From NCBI GenBank assembly GCA_963662795.1, contig OY759746.1, positions 2,944,001 through 3,008,000 on the forward strand: a DNA stretch of 64,000 nt. Reading direction: 5' to 3'. Of the stretch, positions 40,195 to 49,481 are shown piece by piece. Numbering within the stretch: the first letter of the stretch is position 1; the number at the start of each line of letters is the position of its first letter. The translations under genes and the position numbers were made by a program. The stretch is from Spirochaetia bacterium (lineage in GTDB: Bacteria; Spirochaetota; Spirochaetia; CADAEX01). The notes beneath the pieces were generated by a model that saw only the letters and a program-made list of their open reading frames with translations, searched no databases and was not told the DNA's origin.

Positions 40195-41562
40195 CTATTT
40201 AATTCTGACATCCTGCAATATCAAGACCTTTTGAACATCAGAAATGCAGACGCCGGATGTTGATGTTCCGTTTTTTATGGATATGGCAGCGGCAACACCT
40301 GCAGCCTGTCCGGTAAGTATACAGCAGCTCATGTTTCTGAAAGCGCAATGGGCGATCCTGTCGCCTGAAATTGATCTGCCGGCTACAAGAAGATTGTCAA
40401 CTTTTTTGGGAACCAATGTCCTGTAGGGCACCTGGAAGTACCGTCCTGTGAGCGGCAGAATCAGCGTATTGCATCCGTCAATAAATTCCGGATATATTCC
40501 GATTGAATCATCGAATCTTGCCTGATTTTTAACATCATATTCCGTCAGATAATAATGTCCTTCAATTTTTCGTGATTCTCTGGTTCCGAGAGTCATGCCG
40601 AAATTTCTCAGCCTGGCATTCTGGAATCCGGGCACATATTTATTTAATGCCCTGATTGTATAAAGAGCGCTTTCCCTGCCGCTGATTTCGGCCATTGTCA
40701 GATCATTTATATCTGTACAGTCAATATTTTTAATAAAAATCAGATTAAGCTGGGTTGCGTCCCCTTCCTTTGACAGCGTACTCCATGTTCCGCCTATTCC
40801 GATATTCTCATCTTTTGGAATAAAACCGTCTTTTTGAGCCTGCCGAAACGGTTTTTCCATAAACGGGCTGAACATGTCTAATCCGTTATCTGCTATTTCC
40901 TGCCCCCAGCTTTCTCCGCCCCAGTCTCTGTATGTCGGTTTTAAAACATTTTTAACATAATCTTCAAATTCATCTTTTTTTACCCCCCGGCAGGAAAACA
41001 TCTGTGTTACGGACATTAAGCTTTTCTTAGCTGCCTTTGTGTAGGGTGCACCTGAATAAGCTGCAATATCAGCATCTCCCGTGCAGTCAATTACCCTTTT
41101 TGCAAGTATCGCAATCCTGCCGGATTTGCTTTCGGTTATCAAACCTTTTATAATTCCGTTTTCAATTATCGCGTCTGCTGCAAAGCAATGCAGTACAGGT
41201 CTTATTCCAGCCTCGTCTACCAGCTGGTCTGCTACATACTTAAACATTTCAGCATCAATTGCTTCACTGTCTGATTGAACTTCCTTAGCCGTTGCTCCAA
41301 GGGATTTTGCTTTCTGTTCGAATTCAATACAGAGTCCGCCGGCTTCATTGGTTTTTTCATGTCTGTACCAGGCTATTGCCTCAACACCTACCTGACTGAG
41401 TACGCCTCCGAAACAGCCGTACCTTTCCAGAAGAAGGGTATTCATCCCCTCGCGCGCCGATGCTATCGCGGCCGCAAGCCCTGAGGGGCCCCCACCGACT
41501 ACCAATACATCTGTTTCAGCAAAAACCGGTATATCTCTGGATTTCTCTGTAACTGTTTTCAT
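40195..41562 (-). CDS. FAD-dependent oxidoreductase (FAD_oxidored-type), substrate unknown
   Basis: VVGGGPSG, IDCTGDAD, GTRESR, QVPYRTLVP, LLVAGRSIS and GQAAGVAAA. Confidence 0.88.
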   Translation of the reverse strand: MKTVTEKSRDIPVFAETDVLVVGGGPSGLAAAIASAREGMNTLLLERYGCFGGVLSQVGVEAIAWYRHEKTNEAGGLCIEFEQKAKSLGATAKEVQSDSEAIDAEMFKYVADQLVDEAGIRPVLHCFAADAIIENGIIKGLITESKSGRIAILAKRVIDCTGDADIAAYSGAPYTKAAKKSLMSVTQMFSCRGVKKDEFEDYVKNVLKPTYRDWGGESWGQEIADNGLDMFSPFMEKPFRQAQKDGFIPKDENIGIGGTWSTLSKEGDATQLNLIFIKNIDCTDINDLTMAEISGRESALYTIRALNKYVPGFQNARLRNFGMTLGTRESRKIEGHYYLTEYDVKNQARFDDSIGIYPEFIDGCNTLILPLTGRYFQVPYRTLVPKKVDNLLVAGRSISGDRIAHCAFRNMSCCILTGQAAGVAAAISIKNGTSTSGVCISDVQKVLILQDVRIK

Positions 41563-41677
41563 TATTTGCCTTGATAAAATAATTATAGGTTAATTTAAAT
41601 TATATTTAAGATAAATCTGAGTGCCGGATAATCATGAATATATTCAGACTAAACGGCACCCATCTTTTTAAGTTAAA

Positions 41678-42679
41678 TTATTTCAGTTCTTTCTGAATTT
41701 TTTCAAAAAGACCCTTTTCCCAGAACCCTTCATTTTCGATAGCTATTGCGGCTGCCGGAATAACAGCATTTCTGAAAGGAGCAGTGTCTACTTCCCATAC
41801 TGTAACACCTTCGGCTTTCATCTTGTTGATATACTCATCCTGGAGTTTATCAATCTCGCTTACAAACCATTTATTAACTTCCTTGTCTGTTTCAAGGAAA
41901 AGTTTTTTATACTTCTCGGGAACAGTATCCCACCATTTCTGGTTTACGGTAAATCCTGTAACATCGTAGGAATGATAGGTAAGGGTGAGGTTTTTTGCGA
42001 CTTCATACCATTTCATGTTATAAAGTGATTCAACATGATTTTCAGCTCCGTCTACAAGGCCCTGTTTAATGGCAAGGTATGCTTCATTGAAAGCAACCGG
42101 TGTGGGGGTTGCGCCCATTGCCTTGAAGCTTTCGATATAAAGTTTTGCGTCAGGAACACGAATTTTAACACCTTTAAGATCGTCGATGTTTTTAACCGGG
42201 TTTTTTGTAAGGATATGGCGCGGAAGTCTTGTCCAGCTTGCTGTAACATACCTGATGCCATGTTCTTTTGATAACTGATCATTCAGTGCAGACATTGTCG
42301 GTCCGAGAGCCACTTTTTCAGCCTGTTCCCGGCTTTCAAAAAGATAGATAAATTCAGCAATTGAAAGACTTCCCTGCAGTCTGCCGAGAGAGCTGATACT
42401 GCCGCGGAATGCCTCAATTGTACCTGATTTAACCTGTGCAAGCTGCTTGGATGTATCCCCTAGCTGAGAGGCGTGATACGGTTCAACAATAAAAACGCCG
42501 CCTGATTTTTCTTTCATGATAGCCGCAAACTTGTCGACAGCTTTTGCTCCAAGATTGTTAACGTTTTCAATTGTTCCGACCCTCATCACAATTTTTTCTG
42601 CATCAGCTTCTTTCTTGCCTCCTGCAAATGCAAAGACGGTACAAACAATAAGTAATGAAACGAGAATAATTCTTTTCAC
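41678..42679 (-). CDS. dctP: TRAP transporter substrate-binding protein
   Basis: Signal FAGGKKE, DLKGVKIRV (conserved carboxylate-binding Arg), AFNEAY and VDGAEN. Confidence 0.92.
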   Translation of the reverse strand: MKRIILVSLLIVCTVFAFAGGKKEADAEKIVMRVGTIENVNNLGAKAVDKFAAIMKEKSGGVFIVEPYHASQLGDTSKQLAQVKSGTIEAFRGSISSLGRLQGSLSIAEFIYLFESREQAEKVALGPTMSALNDQLSKEHGIRYVTASWTRLPRHILTKNPVKNIDDLKGVKIRVPDAKLYIESFKAMGATPTPVAFNEAYLAIKQGLVDGAENHVESLYNMKWYEVAKNLTLTYHSYDVTGFTVNQKWWDTVPEKYKKLFLETDKEVNKWFVSEIDKLQDEYINKMKAEGVTVWEVDTAPFRNAVIPAAAIAIENEGFWEKGLFEKIQKELK

Positions 42680-42786
42680 TGTTTTCCTCCTGTAAAAAAC
42701 AATTTAAATATTATTTTTTAAAAGCAGTTCATATGCTTCTTAAAATAATCAAATCAAGTTGTAGAATATTAAAAAATGCAATTGCC

Positions 42787-42896
42787 TTTCACTATTGTAA
42801 ATTGACACTGTCTTTTCTGTCAAGAAAAAGTTTTAAAAAATAAAATATAATTTCACTAATTGAAATTATTGACTTTCCCCAATAAAAATGTATAAT
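42787..42896. promoter_or_regulatory. Divergent dctP/iclR promoters with two IclR-type operators
   Basis: TTTCACTAATTGAAA (42851-42865) and TTTCACTATTGTAAA (42787-42801). Plus strand TTGACT-16-TATAAT; minus strand TTGACA-18-TACAAT. Confidence 0.65.
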
Positions 42897-42919
42897 ACCA
42901 ATAACGGCAGGGTAAAAAA

Positions 42920-43690
42920 ATGAACACTACAAAAGGTAATCAATCATTAGCCAAGGCACTTCAAATCATAGAAGTCATGGCAGAACATAAGGCTCCTATG
43001 AGACTTCTTGATATAGCAAACGCTGTTGAAATGTCTCCAAGTACAGTTCTAAGATTCTTAAAGACACTTAAATCAAAGAATTACGCCGGACAGGATCCGG
43101 TTACCCTTAATTATTATCCAACCATGAAATTTCTGGTAATCGGTAACTTAATAAGTTCACAGATGAAGATCCGTGATATTGTTCGTCCGTATCTGGTCGA
43201 AATATCACGTCAATGCGGTGAATCCTCAAGTCTTGCGATTCTTCAGGATCTTGAAGTAATCTATATCGATTATGTTGAGGGGCCGGATTTGATCCTGAAA
43301 ACCCTGCAACGAATCGGCAAAATTGCGCCTGTTCACAGTACCGGCGTGGGAAAATGCCTGATGCTCAACTTTGATGAAAATAAAATTGATGAGCTCATAA
43401 GCAAAAAAGGTCTTACTGCATTAACTGATAAAACTATCACTACAAAAAATGATCTTGTAAAAGAACTGGATTTTGTCAGACAGCAAAACTATGCTCTTGA
43501 TAATGAAGAATGCGAACAGCAGGTAAAATGTGTTGCAGTTCCAATTCGCGATTATACTCAAAAGGTAGTTGCAAGTATCAGCGTATCTGCTCCCCTCGGA
43601 AGATTGGCTGAAAACAAAATGCAGTATATATTATCCCTGCTCAGGGAAACATCCGATGCAATATCAAAAATACTGGGGTACATATCATGA
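42920..43690 (+). CDS. IclR-family transcriptional regulator
   Basis: NQSLAKALQII, HTH STVLRFLKTL, HSTGVGK and YALDNEE. Confidence 0.93.
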   Translation: MNTTKGNQSLAKALQIIEVMAEHKAPMRLLDIANAVEMSPSTVLRFLKTLKSKNYAGQDPVTLNYYPTMKFLVIGNLISSQMKIRDIVRPYLVEISRQCGESSSLAILQDLEVIYIDYVEGPDLILKTLQRIGKIAPVHSTGVGKCLMLNFDENKIDELISKKGLTALTDKTITTKNDLVKELDFVRQQNYALDNEECEQQVKCVAVPIRDYTQKVVASISVSAPLGRLAENKMQYILSLLRETSDAISKILGYIS

Positions 43691-43809
43691 AAAATTCTGT
43701 TCTTCCAGCTTTGTCCTTAACTTAACACCTCCGGAAAAGATATCTTATCTTCTTTGAAAAAATAAAGGATGACCAGCTACCACTATTCATTACTGATCAT
43801 CCATAATTT

Positions 43810-45294
43810 TTATACTGCTGCCGGAGGATTCTGAAAGACTTCAAGCGACTCTTCTTTGGTCGGACCGCCTGTTGCAAGACTTACAATTACAATTCCAAGT
43901 GATGTAATAATTACATTATAGAATAAGCTGTAAACCCCAAACGGAGGAGATACAAAACCAAGCGCCTGGGCTATCGCAGCAATTGAGCCAAGAGTTAAGC
44001 CTGTAATTATACCCTTGCTGTTGGCTTTACTCCAGAATATTGCTACAACGCATGGAACCAATACTGTATAACTCGGGAAAGTAAGTTTAAGCATCATTCG
44101 CATTATTCCGAGCTTAGGATTAAGCGCTCCAAAAAAGGCAAGCAGTATCATTGTAATTACAACAAATCTGCTGATATACATTGCTTTTTTTGCATCCCAA
44201 TCAACTTTTAATGTTCTGATGCAAATATCATTTATAATTACTGATGCACCCATTAAGAGGAGAGAGTCCGCTGTTGAAAAAGATGCGGCAATTGCACCGC
44301 TCATGATTATTGCTGCCCCTACCGGACCGAGATACTTTAAAGCCCACCTGACAAGAAGCTGATCATTGGAAACGCCTTCTATTCCGTTTGGAGCAAATAT
44401 TGATATTGCAGAACCTGTTATTGGAGATAAAAAGACAAGCATTATTGTTCCGGCTAAAGCACATCCGACTATCATATACATAACGCCCTTCAGATTCCTG
44501 GCTGAATATAATCTGATTGTCATATGAGGCATGTAAAGATATCCGATAAAAACCACAGGTGCTACAATTCCAAGATAGTTTATATTCTCCTTGATCTGAA
44601 ACGCGTCAGGTCTTGCAATAATTGCCTTTTCAAACATATCTCCCAAACCGCCGTAATGCGCTACAACAATATACCCAAGTACTGAAAGAAAGATAAAACA
44701 CATTACAAGCTGGAGTGTATCAGTATAAGCAACAGCCCTGAATCCACCAAGTGAAGTATAAACTGCCATAATTACTGTAAAAAAGATAAGTATCGGCATA
44801 TATTTAAGTTCACCGCCAGTCAGACCGGAAAGGGTATAAGCCGATCCTATAAGCTGAATGCTTACATAAAAGACTGAAAAAGCCAGGCTTACCAGCAGGC
44901 CTAAAACTATAGCTGAAAAAACAACAGCCGCCCTTGAGTTAAATCGTGCTGATATCAGATCAGCGACAGTTGTCATTTTATGATAATAAGAGGCCTTGTA
45001 TATTCTTACTGCAAATATTAATGATAGAGGACTCATTACTATAATTATAAGTTCACTCATTCCGGGCATGATATTATCAGAAAAGAAATATCCGGCACCT
45101 CCAAGAAACGTGTATGAACTAAACTGAGTTGCAACAAATGTTGCCATCATAATAAAAGGAGGCATTGTTCCTGCTGCAATAAAATAATCCTGAGTACTAT
45201 TTGACCCTCTTTTATACGCTATATAACCAAGCCATAAACATACCGCAAGATAAATAACTATAATTGCACTTACTACTAAAGTTCCTGCTGACAT
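43810..45294 (-). CDS. Sodium:solute symporter (PutP/PanF-like)
   Basis: DYFIA, ATQFSSYTFLG, GGFRAVAYTD and AASFSTADS. ATG at 45294. Confidence 0.9.
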   Translation of the reverse strand: MSAGTLVVSAIIVIYLAVCLWLGYIAYKRGSNSTQDYFIAAGTMPPFIMMATFVATQFSSYTFLGGAGYFFSDNIMPGMSELIIIVMSPLSLIFAVRIYKASYYHKMTTVADLISARFNSRAAVVFSAIVLGLLVSLAFSVFYVSIQLIGSAYTLSGLTGGELKYMPILIFFTVIMAVYTSLGGFRAVAYTDTLQLVMCFIFLSVLGYIVVAHYGGLGDMFEKAIIARPDAFQIKENINYLGIVAPVVFIGYLYMPHMTIRLYSARNLKGVMYMIVGCALAGTIMLVFLSPITGSAISIFAPNGIEGVSNDQLLVRWALKYLGPVGAAIIMSGAIAASFSTADSLLLMGASVIINDICIRTLKVDWDAKKAMYISRFVVITMILLAFFGALNPKLGIMRMMLKLTFPSYTVLVPCVVAIFWSKANSKGIITGLTLGSIAAIAQALGFVSPPFGVYSLFYNVIITSLGIVIVSLATGGPTKEESLEVFQNPPAAV

Positions 45295-45295
45295 A

Positions 45296-45568
45296 TTATT
45301 TGCCCTCCTGTGTTTTTTTAATATCTCTGTACATAAGATAAGCAAACCATAATGTAACAGCGCAGATCACAACACCCCAAATCCAGGATTGAACAATGTT
45401 GGCAGGGATTTTTCCAATTCTGGCATCCGTATTATATGCACCGGTATATGACCAAATACAGTAAATAATTACCATTACATACTGAACAATAATCAGATTC
45501 TTTTCCGTTTTTGTCAGTTTCCACGGAATAGATTCAATTTCTTTTTTTCTGTTCTCAATATCTGTCAT
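45296..45568 (-). CDS. Small two-TM protein associated with the symporter (DUF3311/DUF485-like role)
   Basis: 90 aa with two hydrophobic segments, directly upstream of the SSS gene. Confidence 0.7.
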   Translation of the reverse strand: MTDIENRKKEIESIPWKLTKTEKNLIIVQYVMVIIYCIWSYTGAYNTDARIGKIPANIVQSWIWGVVICAVTLWFAYLMYRDIKKTQEGK

Positions 45569-45591
45569 AGTGCCCCCTGAAAAAAAATATT

Positions 45592-45612
45592 AGCCGGCAT
45601 TACTTGCCGGCT
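45592..45612 (-). terminator. Intra-operon hairpin or terminator
   Basis: AGCCGGCA-TTACT-TGCCGGCT, followed on the minus strand by a T-run. Confidence 0.55.
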
Positions 45613-45630
45613 TTGCTGATATTTACGTTT

Positions 45631-46785
45631 TTATACCTCCCTCCGTTCAATTTTTTCATGAACCATTATGCCCCTTTTTGCAAGTTCTGCAAAAAAATCA
45701 GCAGGATCAAAAGATTCATAGCCTATATGATAGCCTGATTTGTATTTTGCTTTACCCGAGATCATGAGCTGAGTTGCAATCGACATTGGTATTGCAACAC
45801 ACTTGGCAAACGCCCTTTCATTGCCCCATTCCGTAAAATACGGATGTGATGTTGTCATTGTTATTTTAATATCCCGTCCGTCTTTTTTACCTATTGTTTC
45901 CACATGAAGCGCATAACCCCAGAGTTTTGTCTTTGTGCCTCTCGGGAGCTGATGAAGCAGGTCTCCCATTACATCAAGCGTATTTAGTTTGTTGCCTTTG
46001 TGAAGAATTTCTTTTTTGCCGAAAATACCGAAATCAATAAGCTGTTTTAAAAGCTCCATTTCAACGGGAGGCCAAGTTCCCATAGTTACAACTTTTTCTA
46101 TTCCGGGGACAAACTGGGCAAGTCTTGTTGTCTCAGGATGCGGCACAAAATAGACGTCAAGTTCCCCGAAGGGCTCTTCGAATTTTACTTTTTTTGATTC
46201 TTTTAAAGGCGGCTGCGGGTGCATTTTACCTTTTTCGAAATATGCTCTTCCGGTTTCCGCAGGGTCCATTTCCCAGAAAGTTGTAAGAACAAGGCCGGGT
46301 GAAATGGCAATCGGCCTGAAAGATGCCCAGCTTACATTGATCTGTTTGACATTGTCGCATTTATCAACACCCCATTTTGCCATCATATCTGTTGTTCCTG
46401 GCGTCATACCTATTCCGGAAACGCAAAGGGTATCAGCTTTTTCAAATCCGTCATAATAGTAATCTTTGGGGAAATCATCCAGATTTGTATTCGGTATTTT
46501 TGCTTCCATACACGCTTTGATAGTGGGTTCAGCAATTCCGAATGCAAGGCCGTTCATTACAAAGTCATAACCCTTAATAGCACTTAAGACAGCATTATAG
46601 TCTGTAGCGTTTAATTTCATGGTTTTGATATTTTTGTCTTTGTATTCGTTCTTCAACTGGTCGCATTTTTCAATATTCATGTCAGCGAGCATGAATTCAG
46701 CATATCCGCTGGTTTCTATAAGATCCCGTGTTGCTTCAATGCACATTGCACCGACAGCACCAATAATTATTACTCTTGTGTTCAA
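45631..46785 (-). CDS. Saccharopine dehydrogenase-like NAD(P) oxidoreductase
   Basis: IIGAVGAM, LAD, GIGMTPG and VPHPET. TTG start at 46785 after GGAGG. Confidence 0.85.
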   Translation of the reverse strand: MNTRVIIIGAVGAMCIEATRDLIETSGYAEFMLADMNIEKCDQLKNEYKDKNIKTMKLNATDYNAVLSAIKGYDFVMNGLAFGIAEPTIKACMEAKIPNTNLDDFPKDYYYDGFEKADTLCVSGIGMTPGTTDMMAKWGVDKCDNVKQINVSWASFRPIAISPGLVLTTFWEMDPAETGRAYFEKGKMHPQPPLKESKKVKFEEPFGELDVYFVPHPETTRLAQFVPGIEKVVTMGTWPPVEMELLKQLIDFGIFGKKEILHKGNKLNTLDVMGDLLHQLPRGTKTKLWGYALHVETIGKKDGRDIKITMTTSHPYFTEWGNERAFAKCVAIPMSIATQLMISGKAKYKSGYHIGYESFDPADFFAELAKRGIMVHEKIERREV

Positions 46786-46860
46786 ATCTGCTCCTCCTAA
46801 GTTATAATTCATTGATTACACTTTAGAGGTAGTATCCGGGGATCCGCAATATTACAAAAA

Positions 46861-46884
46861 TACTTTATCTATAGTACTAAAGTA
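46861..46884. promoter_or_regulatory. Candidate NarL/LuxR-type operator
   Basis: Perfect inverted repeat TACTTTA-N10-TAAAGTA upstream of the dehydrogenase gene. Confidence 0.45.
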
Positions 46885-46896
46885 ACATTCTGATTA

Positions 46897-47580
46897 TTAT
46901 TGAAGGGGTTTTTTGTTTTTGGCGTTTAATCCGATCTGCATGGCCCGCATCCTGTTGTGGGCGCCTATCTTGGAATAAATACTGCTTACATAATTTTTTA
47001 CGGTCTGTTCAGATAGAAACATTACTTCCGCTATTTCAGAATTGTCGAGTCCCTGAGAGATATAATCAAGAACTTCTTTTTCTCTTTTACTTAATATGTC
47101 AAGGGACTCATTATGTTTTGCCGCTGCTGCTTTCGGGACTGCTTCCCTGCCTTCAGGCTGTATTTGTTCAAGCAGTTTTTTTGCTATTTTCTGGGGAATA
47201 AGTACAGATCCTTCTTTAACTGTTTTTATGGCGTTTATCAGTTCTTCAGGTGAGATATCTTTAAAAAGATATCCTGCAGCACCGTTTAACAGGGCTTCAA
47301 GGACATATTCATCAGCTGAAAAAGTGGTGAGGATTATTATCTGGGTTTTTGACAACTTATTTCTGATGACTTTTGTTGCCTCAACCCCGTTTATAATGGG
47401 CATGAAAATATCCATTAAAATGATATCCGGTTTTTTTTCCAGAGCAATATCTATTGCATCCTTTCCGTTGTTTGCAATCCATATTTCCTTGAAATCCTTA
47501 CACCTGACAGTAAGAATCATTTTAAGGCTTTCTGCAAAAAGTTTCTGATCATCAGCTATTAAAAGATTTATTTCACTCAC
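46897..47580 (-). CDS. NarL/FixJ-family response regulator
   Basis: IADDQ, LMDIFMP, ILTTF and LuxR HTH LSKREKEVL...LSEQTVKNYVS. Confidence 0.93.
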   Translation of the reverse strand: MSEINLLIADDQKLFAESLKMILTVRCKDFKEIWIANNGKDAIDIALEKKPDIILMDIFMPIINGVEATKVIRNKLSKTQIIILTTFSADEYVLEALLNGAAGYLFKDISPEELINAIKTVKEGSVLIPQKIAKKLLEQIQPEGREAVPKAAAAKHNESLDILSKREKEVLDYISQGLDNSEIAEVMFLSEQTVKNYVSSIYSKIGAHNRMRAMQIGLNAKNKKPLQ

Positions 47581-48766
47581 TTATCGCAGCCTCATTCATT
47601 AATGGCATCTGTATAATCAATGTGAATCCTTTTTCCTGATTTTCGATATATATTGATCCGTTTTTATTTTTTATTCTCTCTTCAATTCCCTGGAGTCCTA
47701 TACCGAAAACAATATTTTCACAACCTGTTCCGTCATCGGAAATAATTATTTTTATATTATTTTCAGATATTGAAAAGTCAATATTTACAGCTGTAGCATC
47801 TCCATGCCGGAAAGCATTTGTCAGCGCTTCCTGAAATATCCTGTATAAATCCTGATCCAGTACCCGGTTCAGGATATTTACATCTATATCACTTGTTCTG
47901 ATATTAACGTTTACCCCTGTTGAGCGCGTAAAAATTGATATTAGAGATTTCAGGGATTCAAGACCTTTATGCAGCGGGCTGTCAACGTTTTTCAGTGAAT
48001 AAAGAGTCAGTCTGGCATCAAGGAGGCTTTGCTGTATATGATTTTTTGCGAGAAAAAGAAATTTATCCATCTCCTTTGAGTCATTCCGGAAAGTTATCGC
48101 AGCTTCAAGGAGCATATTCAGGTTGGTAAACGTATATCCGATAATATCGTGAATATCAGTTATTATTTTCTGTCTTTCACGATATCGAATTTCGCTCAGC
48201 TCTTTTTCCATTTTTTTCCTCTGGGTTATGTCTATCGATAATCCCAGAATGCCGTTTTTGATAAAACCTGAATTAAACGGTGCTTTTTTTACCTGAAAAA
48301 TATTTTTTGTACCGTCTTTTTTCATAAATTCATTTACATTAAAATATTTAGTAGTCTTTTCTTTCCATATCAGGGCATCCTCAAGCCCGCATCTTGTTGC
48401 TTCATCAAATGTTATTTTATCAAGTGTTGCCAGCTGCTTATCGGTTTTGCCTGTCATTTCTGATTCATTGCCAATCCCGTATAAATCAAGCAGCGCTTTA
48501 TTTACCAGAACATACTTTCCGATGCTGTTTTTAATGAAAATACAATTAACTGATGAATTGATTATTTCGTTCAGTGTATATAGTATTTCCCGGAATAAAC
48601 GTATGGGCAGATAAAATAGTATAAAAAAAAGAATTATGGATACTGCAGTGAAAATCATACTGTTTGCAGCCCCGCTTTTATGAATAAAAAATAATAATAA
48701 TAAAAAGAGTGATACAGCTATTGCAGAGCTTATTAAAAATATTCCTATACAGTGCTTTTTGAACAT
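47573..48766 (-). CDS. PAS-domain sensor histidine kinase (HisKA_3 type)
   Basis: Two TM segments, PAS (IFIKN...VNKA...IDITQRK), DIHDIIG, QEALTNAFRHG, DDGTG and GIGL. Confidence 0.88.
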   Translation of the reverse strand: MFKKHCIGIFLISSAIAVSLFLLLLFFIHKSGAANSMIFTAVSIILFFILFYLPIRLFREILYTLNEIINSSVNCIFIKNSIGKYVLVNKALLDLYGIGNESEMTGKTDKQLATLDKITFDEATRCGLEDALIWKEKTTKYFNVNEFMKKDGTKNIFQVKKAPFNSGFIKNGILGLSIDITQRKKMEKELSEIRYRERQKIITDIHDIIGYTFTNLNMLLEAAITFRNDSKEMDKFLFLAKNHIQQSLLDARLTLYSLKNVDSPLHKGLESLKSLISIFTRSTGVNVNIRTSDIDVNILNRVLDQDLYRIFQEALTNAFRHGDATAVNIDFSISENNIKIIISDDGTGCENIVFGIGLQGIEERIKNKNGSIYIENQEKGFTLIIQMPLMNEAAISE

Positions 48767-48773
48767 TTTTAAC

Positions 48774-49481
48774 TTAGCCTCCGTTTCTGCTGAAAATATA
48801 CCCGATTCCCCTGACGCTTTTAAAATAGAGGGGGTTGTTTCCGTCCTTCTCGAAGTATTTACGGAAGCGTACTATGAAATTGTCTATAGTTCGTGTTTCA
48901 ATGCTTGATGTGATGTTCCACACTTTTTCAAGTATCTCTTTTCTCGACAGAACAGTGTTTTCATTTTCAATCATGTATTTTAAGAGCATTGCTTCCTGCT
49001 GGGTAAGGTGAAAAACCTCTTTTCCTGCTTTGCATTTAAGATCCCTGAAATCTATTTCATTGTCACCGAAACTGAAGACAGCAGGTGCGGTTGAAAAGTC
49101 TGAGTACCAGCTTTTTCTTTTAAGCATCCCTTTTACCCTTAGAAGAAGCTCTTCAAGATGAAAGGGTTTTGTCATATAGTCGTCAGCCCCAAGCTCAAGA
49201 CCTTTCAGCCTGTCCTTGATTTCGTGGCGCGCGGTAAGCATCAGGACAGGTACCTGCGGATCTTTATTCCGGATGGCTTCAGCAACTTCAAAACCAGTGA
49301 GGTAGGGAAGCATGATATCAAGAATTACAAGGTCAAAATCACCTGCGAAAAATTCTTCAACTGCTTTTTTCCCGTCAGCAGCCAGTACAACCGAGTACCC
49401 TTCCTCCTCAAGATTGAATTTCAGCCCTGCTGCCAATGCTTCCTCATCTTCGGCAAGAAGAATTTTATATATGTCATTCAT
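48774..49481 (-). CDS. OmpR/PhoB-family response regulator
   Basis: LAEDE, LDIMLP, GADDYMTKPF, TRTIDNFIVRFRK and SVRGIGY. Confidence 0.93.
   Translation of the reverse strand: MNDIYKILLAEDEEALAAGLKFNLEEEGYSVVLAADGKKAVEEFFAGDFDLVILDIMLPYLTGFEVAEAIRNKDPQVPVLMLTARHEIKDRLKGLELGADDYMTKPFHLEELLLRVKGMLKRKSWYSDFSTAPAVFSFGDNEIDFRDLKCKAGKEVFHLTQQEAMLLKYMIENENTVLSRKEILEKVWNITSSIETRTIDNFIVRFRKYFEKDGNNPLYFKSVRGIGYIFSRNGG

Noticed and set aside
34150-43690. Canonical allantoin/purine degradation cluster
   Set aside because: No allantoinase, allantoate amidohydrolase or xanthine dehydrogenase genes.
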